Source: Gammaproteobacteria bacterium
GTDB taxonomy: Bacteria > Pseudomonadota > Gammaproteobacteria > Natronospirales > DASSBR01
Length of the DNA stretch: 64,000 nt
Reading direction: 5' to 3'
NCBI GenBank assembly: GCA_035701285.1
Contig: DASSNT010000016.1
Location: forward strand, 724 to 64,723
Positions 48,581-58,781 of this stretch are shown here, one piece after another. The translations under genes were made by a program, and so were the position numbers. Position 1 is the first letter of the stretch, and every line of letters starts with the position of its first letter. The notes beneath the pieces were generated by a model. It was not told the DNA's origin, searched no databases, and saw only the letters and a program-made list of their open reading frames with translations.

Positions 48581-49828
48581 ATGTTCCGACCGTTCGAACT
48601 TTTCGTCGGGCTGCGCTACCTGCGGGCCAAGCGGCGCAATCACTTCATTTCGTTTATTTCGGTGATCTCCGTACTGGGGATTATCGTCGGCGTGATGGCG
48701 CTGATAACGGTGCTGTCCGTCATGAACGGCTTCGATAAGGAGCTGCGTTCGCGCATCCTCGGCTTCGCCTCGCACGTGACGATCAGCGGTTTCGACGGCG
48801 AGCTTGAGGACTGGCAGGACGTGGCCGCCATCGCCAAAAAGAACCCGCACGTGATCGGCCTCGCGCCGTACGTATCCGGTCAGGGCCTGCTGGCCAACGG
48901 CGGCAATGTCAGCGGTGCAATCATTCGCGGCGTGGCACCCGACAAGGAAGAGCAGGTCTCGACGGTGGCGAAAAAGACGGTCGAGGGCAACTTTGAGGCG
49001 CTCAAGCCGGGAAGCTGGGGCATTGTCCTCGGGCGCTACCTGGCGATGAAGCTGGGCGTGGGGGTGGGTGACAAGCTCATTCTGATGGTGCCGCAGGGCA
49101 ACGTCACGGTGGCCGGCCTGATGCCGCGCTTCCGACGATTTCACGTGGTCGGTATCTTCGAAGCCGGCGAATATACCTACGACAGCAGCCTCGCCGAAAT
49201 CAACATCAGCGATGCACGCAAGCTGTTTGACATGAGCTCCGCCGTGACCGGCGTTCGCCTGAAGCTCGACAACCTGTTTCTCGCGCCGGCAGTGTCGCGC
49301 CAGTTGGTGAGGGAATATCGCGGCCAGTATTACGTTCAGGACTGGACCCAGCAGCGCGCCAATTTCTTCCAGGCGATCCAGACCGAGAAGCGCGTGATGT
49401 TCGTGATCCTGTCGCTGATCATCGCTGTCGCGGCTTTCAACATCGTTTCGACGCTGGTAATGGTCGTCAACGACAAGCAGGCGGATATTGCGATTCTGCG
49501 CACGCTGGGCGCCCGGCCCGGCGCGGTGATGCGCGTCTTCATCGTGCAGGGCACGCTGATCGGCATTGTCGGCATCATCATCGGCCTGATTCTGGGCATC
49601 CTGCTGGCGCGGAACATCAACGACATCATGCAGTTCCTGGAGAGCGTATTTCACATCAACCTGCTGCCGGCGGACGTGTACTACATCAGTGATTTGCCGT
49701 CCGACATGCACTGGAGCGACGTGATCAAGATCGGATGCTCCGCGTTCGTGCTGACGCTGTTGTCGACGTTGTATCCGGCGTGGCGCGCGTCCCGGGTGCA
49801 GCCGGCCGAGGCGCTTCGGTATGAATAG
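48581..49828 (+). CDS. lolC: Lipoprotein-releasing system transmembrane subunit (LolC/LolE/LolF family)
   Basis: Start ATG 48581 ('[20 protein letters not shown]'). MacB-like periplasmic domain and FtsX C-terminus. Confidence 0.9.
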   Translation: MFRPFELFVGLRYLRAKRRNHFISFISVISVLGIIVGVMALITVLSVMNGFDKELRSRILGFASHVTISGFDGELEDWQDVAAIAKKNPHVIGLAPYVSGQGLLANGGNVSGAIIRGVAPDKEEQVSTVAKKTVEGNFEALKPGSWGIVLGRYLAMKLGVGVGDKLILMVPQGNVTVAGLMPRFRRFHVVGIFEAGEYTYDSSLAEINISDARKLFDMSSAVTGVRLKLDNLFLAPAVSRQLVREYRGQYYVQDWTQQRANFFQAIQTEKRVMFVILSLIIAVAAFNIVSTLVMVVNDKQADIAILRTLGARPGAVMRVFIVQGTLIGIVGIIIGLILGILLARNINDIMQFLESVFHINLLPADVYYISDLPSDMHWSDVIKIGCSAFVLTLLSTLYPAWRASRVQPAEALRYE

Positions 49829-50516
49829 CGTGACGGTGAACGCGGACGCGCCCGTGATCGAGTGCCGCAATCTGGCGCATCGGTTCGTCGAAGGCGGACT
49901 CGAAGTGCAGGTGTTGCGCGATGTGAATCTGCGTTTGCAGCCGGGCGAGCGGGTGGCAATTGTCGGCGCGTCCGGTTCCGGCAAAAGTACGCTGCTGCAT
50001 TTGCTCGGCGGTCTCGATACTCCGACTTCAGGCGAGGTAAATATCCAGGGCGTCAACCTTGGTCGGCTGAACGGCGCCAAACGCGGTGAACTGCGCAACC
50101 GCGCGATCGGGTTCGTATACCAGTTTCATCATCTGCTGCCTGAATTTACGGCGCTCGAAAATGTTGCGATGCCGTTGCTGATTCGCGGCGTCGTACCGCG
50201 TGACGCTGCGGCCGAGGCGGCCAAGCTGCTGGATCGCGTGGGGCTGGGCGAACGGCTCAAGCACAAGCCGGGCGAACTGTCGGGTGGCGAACGTCAGCGC
50301 GCGGCGGTAGCGCGGGCATTGATCACGCGGCCGGCGTGTTTGCTGGCCGATGAACCGACCGGTAATCTCGATGCGGCATCGGGGAACAATGTTTACGATT
50401 TGATGATTGAGTTGAATAAGGCCATGGGGACCGGGATGGTTGTGGTCACGCATGATCCTGGATTGGCTGAGCGGATGGATACGGTTTATACATTAGCTGA
50501 TGGGGTATTAGCTTAG
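49821..50516 (+). CDS. lolD: Lipoprotein-releasing system ATP-binding protein
   Basis: '[11 protein letters not shown]', 'LSGGERQR', '[11 protein letters not shown]'. 8-nt overlap with lolC. Confidence 0.93.
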   Translation: MNSVTVNADAPVIECRNLAHRFVEGGLEVQVLRDVNLRLQPGERVAIVGASGSGKSTLLHLLGGLDTPTSGEVNIQGVNLGRLNGAKRGELRNRAIGFVYQFHHLLPEFTALENVAMPLLIRGVVPRDAAAEAAKLLDRVGLGERLKHKPGELSGGERQRAAVARALITRPACLLADEPTGNLDAASGNNVYDLMIELNKAMGTGMVVVTHDPGLAERMDTVYTLADGVLA

Positions 50517-50520
50517 GTTT

Positions 50521-50797
50521 TGTGCCGCCTGCGGCGGCGAGCTGATTGGGTGCCGGTTTCCGGCCCGGCAGCCGGGTTACTTTCCTTTCGGGGAAAGTAA
50601 CCAAAGCCATTGCTCATGGAGCTTGGTCCAAAGTGCGTCCTGCACTTTGAACTTCCCGAAGATCGGGCGAAAAATGGGGGCCGGAGCAGAACTCGCGCGT
50701 CCCTGCGCTCGGACACTGCTCCTTGTTTCCCCATTTTTCACCCGATCTTCGGCTGCGCTCAAATCGCGGGAAAAGAAGCCGGCCATCGTGGCCGGCT
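50521..50797 (+). repeat. Family D multi-hairpin element (about 280 nt), copy D1
   Basis: Collinear with the reverse complement of 62890-63172. Contains at least 7 hairpins, for example 'gttactttcc-tttcgg-ggaaagtaac' (50576-50601) and the long-range stem 50655-50680 / 50729-50752. Confidence 0.9.
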
Positions 50798-50853
50798 AAG
50801 AGAAGAATAAAGGCAAAAGATGCGCCGTTTAAAGGCGCACAAAACAAGATCAA

Positions 50854-53178
50854 ATGGGGCAACAACGACCTGCAACGCTCAATCTGTCCGCGGCCGGACT
50901 CGCACTCCTGCTCGGCGTTATGCTTCTCGATCGTCTGCCAGTGCTGCCGTCGGCCTGGTGGCTGGCGGCGCTGCTCCCGACTGCGTTCGCGTGGCGCTGG
51001 TCGCTCGGCCGCTATCTCATGATTGCAGCGTTCGGCTTCGCCTGGGCGTGGTGGCCTGCCCATAGCGCGTTACAACATCGGTTGCCGACCGCGCTCGAAG
51101 GTGTCGATCTCAATGTCACCGGCATCGTGCAGCCGTTTCCGAAGCGTGAAGGTCGGCTGGCGCGCGTCACGTTGCGGGTGACTCAGTTCGACAGCCCGAC
51201 GCCACTCAATTCTCCACCGCGAAAGCTGCGCTTGAGCTGGTACTGGCCGGACAGCATGCCGCGCGTCGGTGAGATGTGGCAGTTTCGCGTCCGCCTGAAG
51301 CGGCCCAACGGCTTTCAGAATCCGGGCGATTTCGACTATGAAGGGTGGCTGTTTCGCAACGAGATCGATGCGACCGGCTATGTTCGCCATGATCGGGCCA
51401 AACGCATAGCGACTGCGCAGCAGGCGCCGTTGCTGCTCCGTGTGCGGCGGGATCTGGCGGGTGTTATCGATGCGGCGGTACCGGGCAGCCTGTATCGCGG
51501 CGTTCTTAAGGGCGTCACCATTGGCGACGGGCACGATATTACCGATGCGCAGTGGGACTTGTTTCGGCGCACGGGCATTACGCATCTGGTGGTGATCTCC
51601 GGGTCGCATATCGTGCTGGTGGCTGGCTTCATCGGGCTGCTCATCAGTTTCTTCTGGCGTTTGAGTGCCCGCCTGTGCGAGCGGCTGGCGGCGCGGCGTG
51701 CGGCCGTGATCGGCGGGCTCGCGGCGGCAATTGTTTATTCAATTATCGCCGGCTTCGGCGTGCCGATTCAGCGCGCGCTGATTATGTTCGCGGTGGCGGC
51801 CGTCGCCATCTGGCAGGGACGCGAGGTTCAGCCGTTTTCGATTCTGGCGGTGGCGCTGATCGGCGTGCTGTTGATCGATCCGCTGGCGCCGATGTCGCCG
51901 GGATTCTGGCTGTCTTTCGGCGCGGTGGCGGTATTGATTTATGTGTTTGCCGGGCGGCCGCGGCACGGGCTGGTACGAAATACGCTGTGGGCGCAGGCGG
52001 CGGTCAGCATTGGCTTGCTGCCGTTTCTGACGCTGTTCTTCGGCCAGGCGTCGATTGTCGGGCCGTTCGCCAACCTGATTGCGATCCCGGTGTTTTCGAT
52101 TGCAGTCGTGCCGTTGGCATTGGCGGGCGTTTTGCTTGGCGCGATCTGGTTGCCCGCCGGGGCACTGCTGTTGCAGTGGGCAGCGACTGCGCTCGACTGG
52201 TTGTGGCCGGTGCTCGAGTGGTTTGCCGGCCAGCCGCAGTCGCAGCTGGTTTTGCCGACGCCGTCCGTGCTGGCGATTCTGCTTGCGCTTGGCGGCATCA
52301 TGCTGTTGCTCGCGCCGCGCGGCGTACCGGCGCGTTGGCTCGGAGCGGTGATGGTCGCGCCGCTGGTGCTGGCGCCGCGTGCCGTGCCTCCAGTGGGCGG
52401 CTTCGATCTGGCGCTGCTCGATGTGGGGCAGGGGCTGTCGGCGGTGGTGCGCACGCACTCGCACACGCTGATCTTTGATACGGGCCCGGATTTCGGCAGT
52501 GGTTCGGACACCGGCGAGCTGGTGGTCGTACCGTATCTGCGCAGCCTCGATATCCGCAAGCCGGACATTTTGCTGGTCAGCCACGGCGACAGCGATCATG
52601 CCGGCGGGGCAGAATCGGTATTGAAGGCTTTTTCGGATTTGCGCGTCATCACCAGTGCTCGCGAGGATTTTCCGGGTGCGGCTGCGTGCGTGGCCGGGCA
52701 GGAGTGGCGCTGGGACGGGGTCACGTTCCGGATATTGAACCCGCCGACGGCGGAGGGTAATTCGTCCGACAACGATCGCTCGTGCGTGCTGAAGATCGAA
52801 GCGGCCGGTGGCAGTGCACTGCTGACGGGCGATATTGAGAAGGATGCCGAGTATCGGCTGGTGGCTGACGATCCGGCGCTGCTCGACAGCGACGTTCTGG
52901 TTGCGCCGCATCATGGCAGTGAAAGCTCGTCGAGTATCGCCTTCGTGCGGGCGGTCACGCCGGAGTTCGTGCTGTTCCCGGTGGGCTATCGGAACCAGTG
53001 GGATTTTCCGCGGTCGGCGGTGACGGCGCGGTACAGGGAGGTCGGCGCGCACCTGTTGAACACGGCCTCGTGTGGCGCCATCCGGTTGCGGGTGGCGGAA
53101 AAAGTAAAGCTGGTGTCCGTCTGGCGGCCGGATCACCGCCGTTTATGGACGAGAGCGGGTAAAACGTCCTGTGATTGA
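50854..53178 (+). CDS. comEC: DNA internalization-related competence protein ComEC/Rec2
   Basis: 774 aa. Polytopic competence domain plus C-terminal metallo-beta-lactamase 'LLVSHGDSDHAGG', 'APHHGS'. Confidence 0.9.
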   Translation: MGQQRPATLNLSAAGLALLLGVMLLDRLPVLPSAWWLAALLPTAFAWRWSLGRYLMIAAFGFAWAWWPAHSALQHRLPTALEGVDLNVTGIVQPFPKREGRLARVTLRVTQFDSPTPLNSPPRKLRLSWYWPDSMPRVGEMWQFRVRLKRPNGFQNPGDFDYEGWLFRNEIDATGYVRHDRAKRIATAQQAPLLLRVRRDLAGVIDAAVPGSLYRGVLKGVTIGDGHDITDAQWDLFRRTGITHLVVISGSHIVLVAGFIGLLISFFWRLSARLCERLAARRAAVIGGLAAAIVYSIIAGFGVPIQRALIMFAVAAVAIWQGREVQPFSILAVALIGVLLIDPLAPMSPGFWLSFGAVAVLIYVFAGRPRHGLVRNTLWAQAAVSIGLLPFLTLFFGQASIVGPFANLIAIPVFSIAVVPLALAGVLLGAIWLPAGALLLQWAATALDWLWPVLEWFAGQPQSQLVLPTPSVLAILLALGGIMLLLAPRGVPARWLGAVMVAPLVLAPRAVPPVGGFDLALLDVGQGLSAVVRTHSHTLIFDTGPDFGSGSDTGELVVVPYLRSLDIRKPDILLVSHGDSDHAGGAESVLKAFSDLRVITSAREDFPGAAACVAGQEWRWDGVTFRILNPPTAEGNSSDNDRSCVLKIEAAGGSALLTGDIEKDAEYRLVADDPALLDSDVLVAPHHGSESSSSIAFVRAVTPEFVLFPVGYRNQWDFPRSAVTARYREVGAHLLNTASCGAIRLRVAEKVKLVSVWRPDHRRLWTRAGKTSCD

Positions 53179-53240
53179 CAGGAAAATACTATATGATTCC
53201 TGTCTTTTATGGCGGCTACGCGGTTGAGGCTTGTCGCGAA

Positions 53241-53313
53241 GGCGACGGTACGGTGCCTCTGGGTTCGGCATCCTGCCTCACACAGCCCTGAGCGAAGTCA
53301 CCGTACCGCCGCC
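53241..53313 (+). repeat. Family B-related half element, copy B4
   Basis: 'ctctgggttcggcatcctgcctcacacagccctg' matches 62685-62718 exactly. Own arms 'ggcgacggtacggtg' / 'caccgtaccgccgcc'. Lacks the 26-nt 'cgccgtgaatac..' core. Confidence 0.75.
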
Positions 53314-53345
53314 TTGACACGTTATCGCTGGGGAAGAGGGCGTAC

Positions 53346-54050
53346 ATGCTTGAATTGATCGAAGCCGGCGGCTGGCTGATGTGGCCGATTCTCCTGTGTT
53401 CGGTGATCGGCGCGAGTATCGTCATGGAGCGTTTGTGGACGCTGCAGCGCAAGCGCGTGCTGCCGGCGCATCTGCGCGCGCAGGTGTGGCGCTGGCTGAC
53501 CAATGACGAGCTGAACGACGAGAATCTGAAGGCGATGCGGCAAGGGTCGCCGCTCGGGCGGATGCTGGCCTCGGGGCTCGTCAACCGGCACAAGCCGCGC
53601 GAGATCATGAAGGAGAGTATCGAGGACACCGGCCGGCAGGTGGTGCATGAGCTGGATCGTTACCTCAATACGCTCGGCACGATCTCGGCGATTTCGCCGC
53701 TCCTTGGCCTGCTGGGCACGGTGGTGGGCCTGATGAAAGTGTTCACCGCCATTACCAGTCACGGCACCGGCGATCCGACGGTGCTGGCCGGCGGCATTTC
53801 CGAGGCGCTGATTACTACCGTCGCGGGCCTGTCGGTCGCAATTCCGGCGCTGATCGCTTATCGCTACCTGAAGGGCAAGGTCGACGACCTGGTCGTGCAC
53901 ATGGAAGAAGAGGCGATCAAGCTGGTCGAGGCGGTGGACCGGCAGACGGAGATGGCGCCGCAGCCTGAATCGGAATCTGAGCCGGAAATCGACGAGTACG
54001 CCAACAACAGCAAGCGGCGGCGTGGCAAGCGTGAATCTTCGGCCGCGTAG
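53346..54050 (+). CDS. exbB: MotA/TolQ/ExbB proton-channel family protein
   Basis: 'GGWLMWPILLCSVIG', 'ISPLLGLLGTVVGL', 'GISEALITTVAGL'. About 35-aa charged C-terminal tail. Confidence 0.88.
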   Translation: MLELIEAGGWLMWPILLCSVIGASIVMERLWTLQRKRVLPAHLRAQVWRWLTNDELNDENLKAMRQGSPLGRMLASGLVNRHKPREIMKESIEDTGRQVVHELDRYLNTLGTISAISPLLGLLGTVVGLMKVFTAITSHGTGDPTVLAGGISEALITTVAGLSVAIPALIAYRYLKGKVDDLVVHMEEEAIKLVEAVDRQTEMAPQPESESEPEIDEYANNSKRRRGKRESSAA

Positions 54051-54458
54051 ATCGGAAGAGCCGGACGTCAACATCACGTCGCTGATCGACGTGGTGCTGA
54101 TGCTGCTCGTGTTCTTCATGCTGTCGACGACGTTCGTCAAGAATACGGACATCCAGATTCAGTTACCGAAGTCGAGCGCACCGCCGGTGAACGTTGCCGA
54201 CAAGGGTATCGCCCTCACCATCGATGCCAAGGGGCGCTATTACATCGATGGCCATCTGCTGGCCAACGGTGGCCCGGATGCGCTGAAGCGGACGCTGGCC
54301 TCGGCCGCGGAGGGCAATTTCAAGCGGCCGCTGACCATCCGTGCCGATGCGCGCACGACGCACCAGTCGGTCGTGACGGCGATGGATGTCGCCGGACAAT
54401 TGGGCTTCGTGCATCTCAACATCGTGACGACACATCCCGGCGCGTCCTCCGGCGGCCA

Positions 54459-54462
<4 letters not shown>
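54022..54462 (+). CDS. exbD: Biopolymer transport protein ExbD/TolR
   Basis: GTG 54022 (or GTG 54031) overlapping the exbB end. 'NITSLIDVVLMLLVFFM', 'IRADARTTHQSVVTAMD'. Confidence 0.88.
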
Positions 54463-56227
<1,765 letters not shown>

Positions 56228-56231
<4 letters not shown>

Positions 56232-57232
56232 ACCGCGCCCGCCTCGAAGCCGCACTCGTATCCATCTGGTATCGCCACAAGCGGCCGCCGTTCGGGCTGC
56301 AACTGCTCGCCCACCTGTTCCGAGCCGCAAGTACGGCACGGCGCGCTGCCTACGATAAAGGACTGCGGCCCAGTCGGCGCGTTGCGGCGCCGGTGGTCGT
56401 CGTCGGCAACATCACCGTCGGCGGCAGCGGCAAGACGCCGTTGACGATCTGGCTGGCGAAGGCGTTGCGCGAGCAGGGCATCCGCGTTGGCCTGGTCACG
56501 CGGGGTTACGGCGGCGCGGCCAGATACTGGCCGCGTGACGTGACGCCAGCAAGCGACACAGCCGAAGTGGGCGATGAGGCCGTGCTTCTCGCCCGCTCGA
56601 CGGGTTGTCCGGTGGTGGCCGGGCCGGAGCGCGCGGCCGCCGCCGCGCGACTGGCCGGCGAGGTAGACGTGATTATCGCCGACGACGGCCTGCAGCATTA
56701 CGCGCTCCAGCGCGACTTCGAAATAGCGGTTGTTGACGGTGAACGCGGTCTTGGCAACGGCTGGCTGCTGCCGGCCGGCCCGCTGCGCGAGCCGGTGGCG
56801 CGGCTGGACGAGGTCGATTGCATTGTCGTCAGGGGCGGCGCCGAGCGCATGGCGATGGCCGGCGCGTTGTCGATGACACTCAAGCTTGGCGACGCACGCG
56901 CCCTGGGCAGTGACGAGCAGCGCCCGCTTTCGTCGTTTCGAGACACACCGGTACATGCCGTGGCCGGCATCGGTCATCCCGAGCAGTTTTTTTCGATGCT
57001 CCGGGCCGAAGGGCTGGAGGTCATCCCGCATCCGTTCCCGGACCATGCGGCGTTGGCGTTGAAGGACGTCGATTTCGCTTATGGGCCGGTGCTGATGACG
57101 GAGAAGGACGCGGTTAAACTGCCTGCCGTCGATAATGCGCGATTGTGGGTCGTGCCGGCGGAAGCAAGCCTGCCGGAAGCGGAAGCCGACGACCTGGTCA
57201 CGCGCATCCGCGGCCTGGTCCGCGTATCATAG
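56228..57232 (+). CDS. lpxK: Tetraacyldisaccharide 4'-kinase
   Basis: '[16 protein letters not shown]', 'RGYGG', 'DDGLQH'. Confidence 0.93.
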
Positions 57233-57252
57233 ACGCCGAAGACCGTTCAGGA

Positions 57253-57444
57253 ATGGCCATGGACAAGAAGCTCCTTGATATCCTGGCGTGCCCGATCTGC
57301 AAGGGCCCGCTGGTGTACGACAAATCCGCTGCCGAGCTGATCTGCAAGGTGGACCGGCTCGCGTACCCGATTCGCGACGATATTCCGGTCATGCTGGAGG
57401 ACGAGGCGCGCGTGCTGGAGCCGGACGAGGAAGTCTCCGCTTAG
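57253..57444 (+). CDS. ycaR: Trm112/YcaR-family small zinc-ribbon-like protein
   Basis: '[14 protein letters not shown]', '[17 protein letters not shown]'. Start is ATG 57253 or 57259. Confidence 0.88.
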   Translation: MAMDKKLLDILACPICKGPLVYDKSAAELICKVDRLAYPIRDDIPVMLEDEARVLEPDEEVSA

Positions 57445-58205
57445 TGCAATTCCATGTCGTAATTCCGGCGCGCTTCGGCTCTGAGCGCCTGCCGGCCAAA
57501 CCGCTTGCAAAGCTGGCTGGCAAACCACTGATCCAGCATGTTTATGAACGGGCGGCCGAAAGCGGCGCGGCAAGCGTCGCGGTCGCGACCGACGATGAAC
57601 GCATCCTCGAAGCCTGCCGGGCGTTTGATGCAGATGCATTGCTGACCGCCGCGACACATCAAAGCGGCACCGACCGCGTTGCCGAAGTCGCTGACGTATG
57701 CGGCTGGAGCGAGGAGGAGATCGTCGTCAATCTGCAGGGCGACGAACCGGCGATGCCGCCGGTCCTGATTGCCCAGGCCGCACAGGCGCTGGCTGATGCC
57801 GGAAGCGCTGGCATCGCGACGCTGGCGACGCCGATTACGGCGCGCCCTGAATTCGAGGATCCCAACGCCGTGAAGGTAGTTTGTGATCGGCAGGGGCGGG
57901 CGCTGTATTTCAGTCGTTCGCCGATTCCGTTCGAGCGCGGGCCGGCCGTTTCTTCCGGTCAGGATCGGCCTCAGGGTTTGCGTCACATCGGGCTTTATGC
58001 ATACCGGGTTGCAACGCTGCGGACTCTGACGCAGGCGCCGCCCTGTGCGCTGGAGCTGGCGGAGCGGCTCGAACAACTGAGAGCATTGTGGCTCGGCATC
58101 GAAATCGCGGTCGCAATAGTCGACCCCGCGCCGCCGGCCGGCGTGGATACCCCGGCAGACCTCGCGCGGGTCGAAAGGCTGCTAGCAAGCCGTGCAGTAA
58201 CCTGA
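57444..58205 (+). CDS. kdsB: 3-deoxy-manno-octulosonate cytidylyltransferase
   Basis: GTG 57444 overlapping the ycaR TAG by 1 nt. 'VVIPARFGSERLPAKPL', 'VNLQGDEP', 'LEQLRALW'. Confidence 0.9.
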   Translation: MQFHVVIPARFGSERLPAKPLAKLAGKPLIQHVYERAAESGAASVAVATDDERILEACRAFDADALLTAATHQSGTDRVAEVADVCGWSEEEIVVNLQGDEPAMPPVLIAQAAQALADAGSAGIATLATPITARPEFEDPNAVKVVCDRQGRALYFSRSPIPFERGPAVSSGQDRPQGLRHIGLYAYRVATLRTLTQAPPCALELAERLEQLRALWLGIEIAVAIVDPAPPAGVDTPADLARVERLLASRAVT

Positions 58206-58224
58206 ACCAAATTCTCTGAAAAGA

Positions 58225-58749
58225 TTGCAAGTGGATAGAATTTCGATACTTTTTGTATGCATGGGAAACATCTGCCGGTCGCCGACCGCCGAGGGCGTGT
58301 TCCGCCACCGCGTGGCCGAAAGGGCGCCTGAACTGGAGGTGGAAATCGATTCCGCCGGCACTCATGCCTACCACATCGGCGCCGCCCCCGACGCCCGCGC
58401 GCAAGCCGCGGCCCGGGAGCGCGGGTTCGATCTCGGCGGTTTGCGGGCGCGGGTCGTGGGCGATCAGGATTTCGCTCATTTCGACTACGTGCTGGCGATG
58501 GACGAAGCCAACCTGAACTATCTGCAGGCGATGTGCCCACCGGAATACCAGTCGCGCCTCCACCTGTTCCTGGAATATGCGCCGGATGCCGCGGAGCGGT
58601 CAGTGCCCGACCCGTACTATGGTGGCCAGGACGGCTTCAGCCATGTGCTGGACCTGGTTGAGCAGGCGAGCGACGGATTGATCGCGCATCTGCGGCGGCG
58701 GCAGGCCGCGGCCACGGTGGTAGGGAGAAGCAGGAGCAAGAACAGCTGA
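58225..58749 (+). CDS. Low-molecular-weight protein-tyrosine phosphatase
   Basis: 'ILFVCMGNICRSPTAEG' (CX5R P-loop), 'DPYYG' Asp loop. TTG 58225 or GTG 58231 start. Confidence 0.9.
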   Translation: MQVDRISILFVCMGNICRSPTAEGVFRHRVAERAPELEVEIDSAGTHAYHIGAAPDARAQAAARERGFDLGGLRARVVGDQDFAHFDYVLAMDEANLNYLQAMCPPEYQSRLHLFLEYAPDAAERSVPDPYYGGQDGFSHVLDLVEQASDGLIAHLRRRQAAATVVGRSRSKNS

Positions 58750-58761
58750 AGCTGCTCTTGC
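58735..58761. terminator. Possible bidirectional stem-loop between convergent ptp and rne
   Basis: 'agcaagaacagc-tgaa-gctgctcttgc' (one mismatch) with the ptp stop in the loop. Only a weak T-run follows. Confidence 0.3.
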
Positions 58762-58781
58762 CCCTTTAACTTTGCGACGCG

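Noticed and set aside
50821-50839. Perfect 6-bp hairpin 'tgcgcc-gtttaaa-ggcgca' upstream of comEC as a lolCD terminator.
   Set aside because: No U-tract follows on the plus strand. The T-rich run is on the minus strand, where nothing is transcribed toward it. Too short to call.
50513-51063. ORFs over element D1 (50513-50734 -, 50577-50786 -, 50610-50810 +, 50614-51063 -) and the mirror set over D2 (62784-63152 -, 62789-63148 -, 62891-63181 +).
   Set aside because: ORFs are open in several frames on both strands of a palindromic element. The two copies differ by stem-compensating changes rather than synonymous changes. There is no start context or family motif.
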